Below, in pieces: positions 7,859-17,679 of a stretch of DNA of 64,000 bases. Below the pieces are notes generated by a model that worked only from the letters and a program-made list of their open reading frames with translations, searched no databases and was not told the DNA's origin. Within the stretch, counting starts at the first letter, position 1; every line of letters starts with the position of its first letter. The position numbers were made by a program, and so were the translations under genes. Location of the stretch: assembly GCA_944390915.1 (NCBI GenBank), contig CALXRS010000003.1:11652-75651 (forward strand). Reading direction: 5' to 3'. The stretch comes from an uncultured Alphaproteobacteria bacterium. Its GTDB lineage: Bacteria > Pseudomonadota > Alphaproteobacteria > RF32 > CAG-239.

Positions 7859-10468
7859 TTATTCCTTATTCAGCACGTCAAATATTTTTTTGGTTAAATC
7901 GCCCAGACTGAAGGGCTTGGCCATAAACTCGATCTTTCCGCCGGCGTCGGGCTCGCTTTTGGCAATTTCTTCCGAGTATCCCGAAGCCAGAATAATCTTG
8001 ATACCGGGGATGATTTCCCTTACGCGGCGAGCCAGTTCCAGTCCGTTCATGCCGGGCATGACCATATCGGTCACAAGGAGCTGAAAGTTTGTTTCCCTGG
8101 CCAGCTGTTCCAATGCGTTTTCGGCAGAGTTGCAACCGATAACTTCGTAACCTTTCTTTTTGAGGGCGCGCAAGGCAAAGCTGCGTACGGAATCTTCGTC
8201 TTCGACAAATAGAATCCGGATGTTGCGATTGTCTTTTTCCGGCCCTTTGTCGATGGCCGATACGTTGAGACCGAAAATAAATTTCTGGTTGACGGGCAGC
8301 GCTTTGGCGCTTTGTTCTTTCACGGTCATTACCGGCGAACCGTCATCGGCGGTTACTTCGGGGCGGCGGCCGTTTTCCGTTGGGTCGAAATTTTCTTCCC
8401 GTTGTTCAAAACGCGGCAGGTGGATAAAAAACGTTGTGCCTATGCCGATTTTGCTTTCTACGCGGATAAAGCCTTCCGTCTGGCGGACAATGCCGTAGAC
8501 CATGGCCAGCCCGAGCCCGGTGCCGGAACCGACGACATTTTGTTTGGTGGAGAAGAACGGTTCAAAAATCCGGCTCAGATTTTCCGGCGCAATGCCGCAG
8601 CCGGTGTCGGCCACTTCAATAACCACAAAATCGCCGGCACGGATGTTTTCTCCGCCGAGCGGCTGCGGATGAGAAATTCGTTCCGCGCGGGTGGAAATGG
8701 AAAGGGTGCCGCTGCCGTTCATGGCGTCTTTGGCATTGACGGCCAGGTTGATGATAACCTGCGAAAACTGTACCGGATCGACCCTGACATAGCCCAAGTC
8801 GTCGCCGTGGTGGAATTTCAGGGTGATTTTTTCGCCGAGAACCCGTTTTAACATTTGGCTCAGTTCTACAAAGTTTTCGGTAACGTCAATCAGCTTCGGC
8901 CGAAGCGGCTGCTTGCGCGAAAAGGCCAGCAACTGACGTACCAGACCGGCCGCGCGGTTGGCGTTGTTTTTTATCTGCATCAGGTCGGCAAAAGAAGGAT
9001 CGCCGATGCCGTGCCTCTGCAAAAGCAGGTCGCAAAAGCCGATAATGGCCGTCAGCAGATTGTTAAAGTCGTGCGCCACACCGCCGGCCAGCTGCCCCAT
9101 GGCCTGCATTTTTTGCGCCTGGGCAAATTGTATTTCCAGATTTTTTTGTTCGGTGGCGTCGACCATGTAGATAACAAAACCTTCCGCCGGCGCGTTGCCG
9201 TACAGGCTTTTCATGGGCGCAATATAGGCCAGAACGGTTTTTGAGCCGTTGATAAAGCCGACTTCCGTGGAGGCCGAAAAATATGTTCCGCTTTTTATCT
9301 TTTCCATTTTATCGGCAAAATCGCGCCGGTCTTTTTCGTTAATAAAATACATCAGATCGGTTTTGACGGGCTCGCCGATGTTTTCGAGAAAAGCGCGCGC
9401 CTGACGGTTGCAGTCGCGAATGACGCCGTCCGGCGAAAGAAAAATGATGCCGATGGGAGCAAAGTCAAACAGCCAGCTGATTTTGTCCGCCGCCGCGGCA
9501 AGTTTTCGCTGCAGGCGAATATCGTTGGGCAAACCGCTTACGGCGGCGCCGCGAATTCGGATTTCGTTTTGCTCGCGAAAACTGTCCTGACAGACAAAGG
9601 CTTCGCAATCTCCACCGTTTCGGTCAACAAAATGAACGTTTTGACTCCATTTTCCGGCCGGAGGGACGGCAGAATTGGAGTGGAGGAGATTTTTGAATTC
9701 CCGGCCGGTCAGCCTTTCGCGATCGCCTCCCGTGAGGGCGGCAAAGGCATGATTGCAGTAAAGCAGTCGCATATTTTGGTCGCAAATATACAGGCCGATC
9801 GGCAAATCGTCGGTAAAATTGCGCAAGCCCCGCCTTTCTTCGTGAAAAATCTGTTCTATGTTGCGGCGGGCGGTGATGTCGTTAAAAGTCCAGTAAAAAA
9901 ATGTATCGCGACGAATTTTTTTTAGGCTCAGCGGGTGGTCGAAAATGTCCGTCTGTTTAAGTGAAAGCGGATGAAGAGTGACGTCAAACCAGCTGTCCGT
10001 ATCGCCGTCAAGCTTCAGAGACAAAATGACCGCTTCGTCCGAAAGATTTTGCAAAGCGCTTTTCAGGCGCTGCAAGGCTTGGGCGTTGTTGCGGTTGTCG
10101 GAAGAGAGATGAGCCTGCAAAAAATCCAGAACGTTCATTTGGCCAAATAAATCGCGGGCGGCGTCGTTTTCGATAACCGTCCGACCGTTCGCGTCATCAA
10201 TCCTTTGAGCATGCACAACGGCGCGCAAAATTTCGTTGGCAAAGCCGCCGTAGCTGATGGCCTGTTCGCCGGCTTTCAGGGTAAGCAGGGTCAAAACCAG
10301 CGAAAACACGGTGAGCGTCGTTGTCGCGCCGAGCAGCCAAAGAAGGTGCTCGGGAAAAATAAACGACAGCGCCAGCGCGGCGGTTAAGCCTGCCAGGGAA
10401 TAAGCCAGCCGGACCAGCCTTTTTTGCAAAAGCCGATCCGGCCGGTGGTTTTTAGCGTCCGTGAACAT
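7859..10468 (-). CDS. hybrid sensor histidine kinase/response regulator (2 TM – PAS repeats – HisKA – HATPase – REC); candidate CckA
   Basis: H-box 'GGVAHDFNNLLTAIIGFCDLLL', G2 box 'GTGLGLAMVYGIV', and a C-terminal receiver 'ILFVEDEDSVR…LLVTDMVMPGMNGLEL'. It sits beside hdaA in an alpha-type context. Confidence 0.8.
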   Translation of the reverse strand: MFTDAKNHRPDRLLQKRLVRLAYSLAGLTAALALSFIFPEHLLWLLGATTTLTVFSLVLTLLTLKAGEQAISYGGFANEILRAVVHAQRIDDANGRTVIENDAARDLFGQMNVLDFLQAHLSSDNRNNAQALQRLKSALQNLSDEAVILSLKLDGDTDSWFDVTLHPLSLKQTDIFDHPLSLKKIRRDTFFYWTFNDITARRNIEQIFHEERRGLRNFTDDLPIGLYICDQNMRLLYCNHAFAALTGGDRERLTGREFKNLLHSNSAVPPAGKWSQNVHFVDRNGGDCEAFVCQDSFREQNEIRIRGAAVSGLPNDIRLQRKLAAAADKISWLFDFAPIGIIFLSPDGVIRDCNRQARAFLENIGEPVKTDLMYFINEKDRRDFADKMEKIKSGTYFSASTEVGFINGSKTVLAYIAPMKSLYGNAPAEGFVIYMVDATEQKNLEIQFAQAQKMQAMGQLAGGVAHDFNNLLTAIIGFCDLLLQRHGIGDPSFADLMQIKNNANRAAGLVRQLLAFSRKQPLRPKLIDVTENFVELSQMLKRVLGEKITLKFHHGDDLGYVRVDPVQFSQVIINLAVNAKDAMNGSGTLSISTRAERISHPQPLGGENIRAGDFVVIEVADTGCGIAPENLSRIFEPFFSTKQNVVGSGTGLGLAMVYGIVRQTEGFIRVESKIGIGTTFFIHLPRFEQREENFDPTENGRRPEVTADDGSPVMTVKEQSAKALPVNQKFIFGLNVSAIDKGPEKDNRNIRILFVEDEDSVRSFALRALKKKGYEVIGCNSAENALEQLARETNFQLLVTDMVMPGMNGLELARRVREIIPGIKIILASGYSEEIAKSEPDAGGKIEFMAKPFSLGDLTKKIFDVLNKE

Positions 10469-10481
10469 ACGCTTTTGACCT

Positions 10482-12098
10482 CTATGTCGTTACGTCGGCT
10501 TCTTTCTTGCCGGTGCGTTTTTCGATTTCGGCCAGTTCGGCGGCAATCTTCAGCAGATCGTCAACCATCTGCCGCGGTTCGGCCGCCAGATTGTCGCGGC
10601 TGAAGCGTTCGATGTAGACGCGGAGCGTGGCGCCGGTGGAAGACGTGCCCGACAGGCGGTAGACTATCCGCGAACCGTCGGCAAACAAAATCCGCAGACC
10701 GTTGGCGGTGGAAGAGTGATCGACCGGATCGTTGTAAACGAAAGTTTCCGCTTTGCTCACTTCGTAGGCGCCGAGTTTTTGGCCGTTTAAGGAAGGCAGT
10801 TTTTCTTCCAGATCTTTCATCAACAGGTTGGCGGTGTTGGTTTCTATCCCGTCAAAGTCGAAGCGCAGGTAATAGCTGCGACCGTATTTTTGCCAATGTT
10901 CGCGGGTAATTTCTTCCACGCTTTTGCCGGTGGCGGCAATAATGTTGAGCCAGAACAACACCGCCCAGATGCCGTCTTTTTCTCGGATGTGGCTGGAGCC
11001 GGTGCCGAAGCTTTCTTCGCCGCAGAAAGTGATGCGTTTGGAATCCATCAGGTTGACGAAATATTTCCACCCCGTCGGCACTTCGTAGTAACCGATTTTT
11101 TTGTCGGCGGCAACGCGCGCCACGGCGGTGGAGGTGGCCATTGATTTGGCAACGCCGTAAATGCCGTCTTTATAGGCCGGAATCAGGCTGTAGTTGTCGG
11201 TTAAAATAGCCAGGCTGTCGCTTGGGGTAACAAAGAATTTTTTGCCGAGAATCATGTTGCGGTCGCCGTCGCCGTCATTGGCCGCGCCAAAGTCGGGCGC
11301 GTTGTCGGCATACATGATGTCGACCAGTTCTTTGGCGTACACCAGGTTCGGATCGGGGTGCAAACCGCCGAAGTCGGGTTTGGGTCGGGCGTTTAAAACC
11401 GAACCTTTGGACGCGCCGAGGATTTCCTCAAAAATGCGCACCGCATAAGGCCCCGTTACCGCGTTCATGGCATCAAAACGCATGGTAAAACCGCGGGCAA
11501 ACATTTTTTTAATCTGTTCAAAATCGAAAATATGTTCCATCAACTCCACATAGTCGGCAATCGGGTCAACCACTTCAATTTCCATGCCGCCGAGTTCCTG
11601 CCGCCCGAGGCTGCCCAAATCGACGTCCGGCGCATCTGCGATTTTGAATTCGGAAATGGTTTTGGTTTCGGCAAAAATCCGGTCGCTGACCTGGCTGGAA
11701 CACTGGCCGCCGGTGGCGGTGGCAAATTTGATGCCGAAGTCGCCGTTTTCGCCGCCCGGGTTGTGCGAGGCGGAAAGGACAAAGCCGCCGTCGGTGCGGC
11801 GTTTCAGGATCATGTTGGACGAAGCCGGCGTGGACAGATAGCCGTTTTGTCCGATAATCAGTTTCTTTACACCGTTTGCCGCCGCCATTTTAATCAGTTT
11901 TTGCAAGGCGATGTCGTTATAAAAGCGACCGTCACCGCCAACGACAAAAGTTTTCCCTTCAGGGGCGATAACGTTGAAAATGCTTTGCAGAAAGTTTTCA
12001 AAATAGTGTTCCTGCATCATGACTTTGGATTTTTTCCGCAAGCCGGCCGTACCCATTTTCTGGTCGGTGTAAGGCGTGGTTGAAATCACCTGTATCAT
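10482..12098 (-). CDS. pgm: phosphoglucomutase (PGM1-type alpha-D-phosphohexomutase)
   Basis: 'DQKMGTAGLRKK', active-site 'SASHNPGG', 'GGDGRFY', 'FDGDGDRNMILG', 'GEESFGTGSSHIREKDG'. Confidence 0.9.
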   Translation of the reverse strand: MIQVISTTPYTDQKMGTAGLRKKSKVMMQEHYFENFLQSIFNVIAPEGKTFVVGGDGRFYNDIALQKLIKMAAANGVKKLIIGQNGYLSTPASSNMILKRRTDGGFVLSASHNPGGENGDFGIKFATATGGQCSSQVSDRIFAETKTISEFKIADAPDVDLGSLGRQELGGMEIEVVDPIADYVELMEHIFDFEQIKKMFARGFTMRFDAMNAVTGPYAVRIFEEILGASKGSVLNARPKPDFGGLHPDPNLVYAKELVDIMYADNAPDFGAANDGDGDRNMILGKKFFVTPSDSLAILTDNYSLIPAYKDGIYGVAKSMATSTAVARVAADKKIGYYEVPTGWKYFVNLMDSKRITFCGEESFGTGSSHIREKDGIWAVLFWLNIIAATGKSVEEITREHWQKYGRSYYLRFDFDGIETNTANLLMKDLEEKLPSLNGQKLGAYEVSKAETFVYNDPVDHSSTANGLRILFADGSRIVYRLSGTSSTGATLRVYIERFSRDNLAAEPRQMVDDLLKIAAELAEIEKRTGKKEADVTT

Positions 12099-12195
12099 AA
12101 TCTCTCCTTAAAAATTCATGTTAATCCGATACCAAGTAATGTAGCACCGATTGCCCGCGACTCAAGCAAAAGCTGCTTTTTACACACCGGATTTT

Positions 12196-12233
12196 TTTTG
12201 AAGAAAAAAACGGAAAGGCAAAACTATTTTGCC
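12196..12233 (-). terminator. candidate intrinsic terminator of mipZ (hairpin ggcaaaa-uag-uuuugcc spanning the stop codon, followed by a U-run)
   Basis: Inverted repeat 12217–12233; the minus-strand transcript continues 'uuuccguuuuuuucuuc'. Confidence 0.4.
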
Positions 12234-13027
12234 GACGGGTTGATAAATTCCGCCAGGCTGCGGATTTCCTGTTTTGCGGCAAGATGGGAAACGCTCAAAC
12301 GGTGCTTCAGTCCCTCGCGGCTCAGGTCGAGCACGGTCAGTCCCTGCAAAAACAATTCCTTGTAGATAACACGGTCGCGTATCGGCGGCGCCAGACGAAA
12401 ACCATAGGCTTTGGCCGCCTTTTCCAAAAAGCCGAAGACCTGATTTTTGTTGCGGGAACCGAGCGCGGAGATTTTGTTGCCGACGACAATCCAGTTCAGC
12501 GGGGGTTTGCCCTGTGCCGCCAGATGTTTTTTGACATCCCAGACATAGCCGGCATAATGTCCGGCATGGTGTTTTTCCGGGTGGGCAAAGTCTATTTCGG
12601 AAATGGCGTTCAGATCTATCAGGCTGTCGGAAATCGGGGTTATCAGCGTGTCGGCGAATTTGTGCGCTTCTTCGAACAGATAGTTTTTGTTGCCCGGGGT
12701 GTCGATAATGACGGCGTCAAAATCGGGCAGCAGGGCGGCAATTTTGGCAGCGGCGTCGGTGCGGGCGGCGGCGATTAGATCGGTGTTTTCTTCCGGTACG
12801 ACGGTCAGCAGCGCCGGTATGGGCAGGTGCAGATTGTTGTCGCGGCAAAAACGTTGCCGGTTTTCGATATAGCGGGTCAAAGTTCCCTGGCGTCCGTCCA
12901 TGTCGACAGCCGCGACCTTATATCCTTCTTCCGCCAGTTTAACGGCCAGATGCATGGAAACGGTAGATTTGCCGGTTCCGCCTTTTTCGTTGCTGATAAC
13001 GATAACATGTGCTTTGTGTTGAGGCAT
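12224..13027 (-). CDS. mipZ: division-site positioning ParA-like ATPase MipZ
   Basis: 'VIVISNEKGGTGKSTVSMHLAVKL…VDMDGRQGTLTRYIENR…IIDTPGN…DRVIYKELFLQGLTVLDLS…LSVSHLAAKQEIRSL' aligns closely along its length with Caulobacter MipZ. Confidence 0.8.
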   Translation of the reverse strand: MPQHKAHVIVISNEKGGTGKSTVSMHLAVKLAEEGYKVAAVDMDGRQGTLTRYIENRQRFCRDNNLHLPIPALLTVVPEENTDLIAAARTDAAAKIAALLPDFDAVIIDTPGNKNYLFEEAHKFADTLITPISDSLIDLNAISEIDFAHPEKHHAGHYAGYVWDVKKHLAAQGKPPLNWIVVGNKISALGSRNKNQVFGFLEKAAKAYGFRLAPPIRDRVIYKELFLQGLTVLDLSREGLKHRLSVSHLAAKQEIRSLAEFINPSAK

Positions 13028-13035
13028 TTGCTTGT

Positions 13036-14253
13036 TTATTCCGCCATGGCCAGTTGTTGTTTTTGTTCCATGGGCAGGACTATACAGGATTTGTTTTCTT
13101 TTTGCAAATCCTTGCAGATGGCCTGTGCATTATCTTTGGTAAGCGAAAAAAGCTGCGAGCGGTAGACGATGGTCGAGTTGTTTTCGGCCGGTTGAACGCG
13201 GACGTTGCGGCTGCTCAGCCGCTGATAGCGACGGCGGATTTTCTGGGCATAGACACGGGCTTTGGCGTAGTTGCTGAAGGCGCCTATCTGCACCATCCAT
13301 ACGGCGTCGGGTGACGTTTTTTCCGCTTGTTCAGCTTTTTCCGCTTTTTTGCCGCTTTCGTCGTCGTTGCCGCCAAAAGCCGGTTCGGCAGTCAGACGAA
13401 AATCTTCGCTGTCCAGTTTAACATAAGTTGTATGAGGTTTGTCGGCATTGTTCTGTGCCAGCTTGCGAAAGCCTTTTTCCATCAGTCGGGCTACGGCCTG
13501 ATCGCGTTCGTCCTGCGTGTTGTATCCCAGAGCCACGGCAATCACCCTTTCGCCGTCCCGCCAGGCGGAAGTGATGATGTTAAAGCCGGCGGCGGCAATG
13601 TAGCCGGTTTTCATGCCGTCTGCGCCTTCAAAGCTTTTTAAGATGTTGTTGTGAGAATAGTAGGTTTTGTCTTTGTAGGTAAATTCCCGCTTGGAAAAAA
13701 GATCGTAATATTGCGGAAAATGATAATAGAGCGCCGCCGCAAGGGTCACCATGTCGCGGGCGGTGGTTATCTGTTTGCGGTTGGGCAGGCCGGAAGCGTT
13801 TTTGAAAACGGTGTTTTTCATGCCGAGCGTTTGAGCAACTTCGGTCATTTTTTCGGCAAACAGGGGTTCGCTGTAGCCCAGCCCTTCGGCCAGCACGGTC
13901 GCGCAGTCGTTGGCAGATTTAACAATCAAGGCGTCGATGGCCTCAGCCACGGTGATGGTGTCGCCCGGGATGAGCCCGAGGCGTGACGGCGAACGGTTGG
14001 CCGCGGTGCGGGAAACTTTCAGTTCGTCGTCTTTTTTTATCAATCCCTGTTCCAGCGCCTCGAAAGTAATGTAAAGCGTCATCAGTTTGGTTAAAGAAGC
14101 CGGATAGCGGCGTGTGTTCGGGTTTTTGGAATAAAGAACTTCGCCCGTTTTGGCGTCGATGACGATGTTTGAAGGCGCCGGCCTGGCGTCGGCAATTCTT
14201 GCGGAAAAGCAAAGGACAAACAACAGGCAGGTGATTTTTTTGACCGAAAACAT
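13036..14253 (-). CDS. D-alanyl-D-alanine carboxypeptidase (PBP5/6, S11) with C-terminal SPOR domain
   Basis: Signal peptide. 'ASLTKLMT' contains the active-site SxxK. The C-terminal 'WMVQIGAFSNYAKARVYAQKI…VYRSQLFSLTKDNAQAICKDL' is a SPOR-type fold motif. Confidence 0.8.
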   Translation of the reverse strand: MFSVKKITCLLFVLCFSARIADARPAPSNIVIDAKTGEVLYSKNPNTRRYPASLTKLMTLYITFEALEQGLIKKDDELKVSRTAANRSPSRLGLIPGDTITVAEAIDALIVKSANDCATVLAEGLGYSEPLFAEKMTEVAQTLGMKNTVFKNASGLPNRKQITTARDMVTLAAALYYHFPQYYDLFSKREFTYKDKTYYSHNNILKSFEGADGMKTGYIAAAGFNIITSAWRDGERVIAVALGYNTQDERDQAVARLMEKGFRKLAQNNADKPHTTYVKLDSEDFRLTAEPAFGGNDDESGKKAEKAEQAEKTSPDAVWMVQIGAFSNYAKARVYAQKIRRRYQRLSSRNVRVQPAENNSTIVYRSQLFSLTKDNAQAICKDLQKENKSCIVLPMEQKQQLAMAE

Positions 14254-14344
14254 GGAAGAAAACCTTTTCGCTTTTTACAATATGCCCATCATAAAAGGAA
14301 AAAGAAAATAAAAGGTTAACCCCGCGGCAAAAGCAAAAAAGTTG

Positions 14345-15532
14345 TTATTTTCTTTCAGCGAAAAGCGTCTGCCTTCGGGCAAAACGGCCGCGATGCAAAA
14401 GCGCCGCCGCGGTGATGGCAATAAAGCCGTTGCCGAGGCTGAACAGAGCCCCCATTTTGGCGGCTTCGGCAACGCTGTGGTCCGGATAGGCAATTTCCGC
14501 GATAAACAGCGAAACGGTGAGACCGACGCCCGCCGTCAGTCCGATAAGCAGCAGATCCGTATCGGCAATCTTTTTGTTTATCCTGAAACCGAACAGGCCG
14601 ATAAGCTTAACCATGGCGAAAATGCCTGCCGTTTTGCCGACCAGCAGAGAGATAAAAATAATCAGCGTGAGGACGGATACGTTGGCAAAAACAACGCCGG
14701 CATTGCCGAGCCCGAAGAAAAACAGACCATAGTCGACAATCGGTTTGAAATCGTGTTCAAATTTTACGAGCGTGGCGTCTTTGTCCGTATGTTTTGCGTC
14801 AACTTCATGCGGCATGAACGGAACGACAAATATCAGCGCCAAAGAAGCGTGCACCCCGGCTTCGTGCAGGCCGAACCAGGCCGGAATTCCCGCCAGCAGA
14901 TAAAAAGCATAGCGGCGCACGCGCCTGCGCCTGAGCAGAAAAGCCAGAACGACGGAAACCACCGTCAGCAGTAGCCAAAGCGGCTGCACCGGCTGATCGG
15001 GAGTGGGGTAGAACAGGGCAATGATGACCAGTCCGGCGATGTCGTCGGCAACCGCCAGCAGTAAAAGAAAAGTATAGGCCGGATGGCGGATGCCGAAGAT
15101 AATTTGCGCAAACAGCAGCGACACGGCCACGTCGGTTGCCGTCGGCACGGCCCAGCCGTGAGTGTATGCCGGCAAGCCCCAAAAGCCGTTAAGCAAAAAG
15201 AAAATTCCGGCCGGCAAAAGAACGCCGCCCAGAGCGCCGAACAGGTTGCCAATGGTGTTTTTCAACGGATAAAGATTGCCGCCGGGGGTTGCTCCGCGGA
15301 CAATCTCCACGCCCATCTGGGCAAAAAAGAAAACCAGAAAAACGTCGTTTATCAAAAAATGCAGGCTCACACCCCGAAAAATCTCTCCGTATATCAGTCG
15401 GTCGTAAGATGCCGAATCGATATTGGCCCAGATAAGCGCGGCGACAATGCCCGTAATCAGCGGCAGGGAAAGATTGCCGATTTTTTGAAAGATGCTTTGC
15501 ATATGCAAACTCCGTTTTAGATTGTCCGACAC
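14345..15532 (-). CDS. nhaA: Na+/H+ antiporter NhaA
   Basis: About 12 TM helices, 'HFLINDVFLVFFF', and an NhaA-like length and motif pattern. Confidence 0.8.
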   Translation of the reverse strand: MSDNLKRSLHMQSIFQKIGNLSLPLITGIVAALIWANIDSASYDRLIYGEIFRGVSLHFLINDVFLVFFFAQMGVEIVRGATPGGNLYPLKNTIGNLFGALGGVLLPAGIFFLLNGFWGLPAYTHGWAVPTATDVAVSLLFAQIIFGIRHPAYTFLLLLAVADDIAGLVIIALFYPTPDQPVQPLWLLLTVVSVVLAFLLRRRRVRRYAFYLLAGIPAWFGLHEAGVHASLALIFVVPFMPHEVDAKHTDKDATLVKFEHDFKPIVDYGLFFFGLGNAGVVFANVSVLTLIIFISLLVGKTAGIFAMVKLIGLFGFRINKKIADTDLLLIGLTAGVGLTVSLFIAEIAYPDHSVAEAAKMGALFSLGNGFIAITAAALLHRGRFARRQTLFAERK

Positions 15533-15564
15533 GGAATACTATATAAGTTGATGGTTAAAATTTG

Positions 15565-15603
15565 CAAGTTAATATTCCGGCTGGAGGTCAAGTTAATATT
15601 CCG
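15565..15603. promoter_or_regulatory. 15-bp perfect direct repeat 'caagttaatattccg' ×2 (24 bp start to start) in the nhaA upstream region
   Basis: Read directly from the sequence. Located 33–68 bp upstream of the nhaA start codon. Confidence 0.4.
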
Positions 15604-15743
15604 CGACATTGCAACATTTTGCCGGAATGTAACGACATATTAAAACGGCACAAAAAAAGATCCGCCGACCCGGCCGGTGGTTTTCGGATTACAAAAAAAC
15701 CGCCTGCAGACAGACGGTTTTGCAAAGGAGAAAAAATCAGACA

Positions 15744-16097
15744 TCAAAAAATAATATCTATTCTTTTTCGTAAATAGCGTTTCACTTTTTGCGGATCGCT
15801 GACGTCGATTTTGCGATCGTAGGGCACATATTTTTTGCCTTGCCGTGCGGCGATTTTGCGATTTGTTTTTTCATAATTTTTAATGAGTGCGCGCAGCTCG
15901 CCGTCATCATAGGAAGAAGCGATATAATCCACTTTTTTGTTCAACGGTTCGGCAGCCTCGACGAGGCTTTCGTTAAGGATGTCCTGCAGTTGCGCCTGCG
16001 CTTCGGTCACCGTCATTTCTTTTTGTGTATCGGCGGTCTGAGCAGCGGCGGGAAACGCAAGACAGGCGGCAATAAAAAGAATCGGCAGAAAATTCAT
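15744..16097 (-). CDS. small secreted hypothetical protein (signal peptide; 117 aa)
   Basis: N-terminal 'MNFLPILFIAACLAFPAAAQ' signal. 15 bp downstream of the previous secreted ORF. Confidence 0.5.
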   Translation of the reverse strand: MNFLPILFIAACLAFPAAAQTADTQKEMTVTEAQAQLQDILNESLVEAAEPLNKKVDYIASSYDDGELRALIKNYEKTNRKIAARQGKKYVPYDRKIDVSDPQKVKRYLRKRIDIIF

Positions 16098-16112
16098 GAC
16101 AACCTCCCAAGA

Positions 16113-16718
16113 TCAGTCGGTTCCCAATATGTCGAGCGAATTGAACAAAATGTTTTCAAGATCAAGCCCCGTTCCTTCCTCAATGCCGTCCATGATATGC
16201 ACGAAACTTCTGCCGAAAGGATCGTCCGCGGAGTGAACTTTGGCATAATTTTCCTGCAAAATCTGTCGGTAGGCATTCGGCAGGTTTTTGATTTTGGCAT
16301 CATAGCTGTCGGGAATTTTGTAACCGAGCTTGCGCAAATGTTCCAAAGCAACCAGCATGTTTTGTCTGTTGACTTCGGGGGCGATCATTTCCTGCCCCAT
16401 GGCATCGCCGTAGGTCGTTGCTTCGCCGACATAGTTCAAGCGGCCGTGCTGGCCGGAACCGCGCCAGGTTTCAATGCCGCTTTTGTCGCGAGCCTTGGCC
16501 CAGGGGTCTACCGGCAAAACATCGCCGTCCGTCGGGCCGTCCCTGTACATGGGTGCGTCGGTAACCGCGTCTTTGGCGGAAGTTGCGTAATCCACGTTGT
16601 CAAAAGTGCCGTCGTTGGGTTTAATTTCCCAAGGGTTGGCGGGCAGTTGAGCCGAAGCGCCCCGAGCAAAAGCCAAAACGGCGACAACAGCCAGAAGTGT
16701 ACCGGATAGATGTTTCAT
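16113..16718 (-). CDS. secreted hypothetical protein (201 aa)
   Basis: RBS GGAGG 6 nt before ATG(MKHLSG) at 16718. Signal peptide 'LLAVVAVLAFARGASAQ'. Confidence 0.5.
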   Translation of the reverse strand: MKHLSGTLLAVVAVLAFARGASAQLPANPWEIKPNDGTFDNVDYATSAKDAVTDAPMYRDGPTDGDVLPVDPWAKARDKSGIETWRGSGQHGRLNYVGEATTYGDAMGQEMIAPEVNRQNMLVALEHLRKLGYKIPDSYDAKIKNLPNAYRQILQENYAKVHSADDPFGRSFVHIMDGIEEGTGLDLENILFNSLDILGTD

Positions 16719-16929
16719 TCTCGCCTCCACAATGTTCCACTGTGATTATCGTAACATAAATTAATCCAAAATAATAGTTACAATTCGGTTACAAGTGAAA
16801 AAACAGCTGTCGGTAAACAAAAAATCTGCTTGTTATTTTATTTGTTTTTGTGATATATTTGCCAGAAAAACAATATGGCAATGTTGCCGACAAAACAAAA
16901 TTTACGCTATTGATTGAAGAGAATACCAG

Positions 16930-17679
16930 ATGACAGAAGTGTTGTTTAACGGGCATGCCGGCCGGATAGAAGGGCGCTATCACCAAAGCAGCCGACCGGG
17001 AGCGCCGATTGCGCTGATTTTGCACCCCCATCCCCAATACGGAGGAACGATGAGCAACAAAGTTGTATACACTTTGTTTAGTTGTTTCAAGGATTTGGGG
17101 TTTTCCGTCCTGCGTTTTAACTTTCGGGGAGTCGGCCGCTCACAGGGGCAGTTTGAAGACGGTCCGGGCGAGCTTTCGGATGCAACGGTAGCTTTAGACT
17201 GGCTGCAGTCGGTCAATCCGGAAGCGCGTCAATGCTGGATTGCCGGTTATTCTTTCGGGGCGTGGATAGGTTTGCAGCTGTTGATGCGTCGGCCGGATAT
17301 CAACAATTTCATTGCCGTGTCGCCACCGGCCAACGAAAAAGATTTTTCTTTTTTGGCTCCCTGTCCGACTTCCGGTTTGATTATACAGGGCGGGCAGGAC
17401 GAAATTGTGGCGCCTCTTTCCGTTCAAACGCTGACAAAACGTCTGAACGGCCAGCGCAATGTGGAAGTGGATTTTGCCCTGATAGAAAACGGCGATCATA
17501 TGTATAACGGCCATCTTGTTGATTTGTATAAAATTTCCGGCAATTATATTATTAGTGCCGTCCAGCGCAAAACACCTCTGAAAAAACGCCGCGGGCGTCG
17601 TCGCAAGGCAGAACAGGAAGAAAGTTTGCGACTGATTACCGGTGGCGAGGAAAACGGACGTGAAGATGCCGAAGAATAG
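16930..17679 (+). CDS. alpha/beta-hydrolase fold protein with basic C-terminal tail
   Basis: 'IALILHPHPQYGGTM…' and a nucleophile elbow 'IAGYSFGAW' (GxSxG variant). The tail is Lys/Arg-rich: 'KKRRGRRRKAEQEE'. Confidence 0.65.
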   Translation: MTEVLFNGHAGRIEGRYHQSSRPGAPIALILHPHPQYGGTMSNKVVYTLFSCFKDLGFSVLRFNFRGVGRSQGQFEDGPGELSDATVALDWLQSVNPEARQCWIAGYSFGAWIGLQLLMRRPDINNFIAVSPPANEKDFSFLAPCPTSGLIIQGGQDEIVAPLSVQTLTKRLNGQRNVEVDFALIENGDHMYNGHLVDLYKISGNYIISAVQRKTPLKKRRGRRRKAEQEESLRLITGGEENGREDAEE

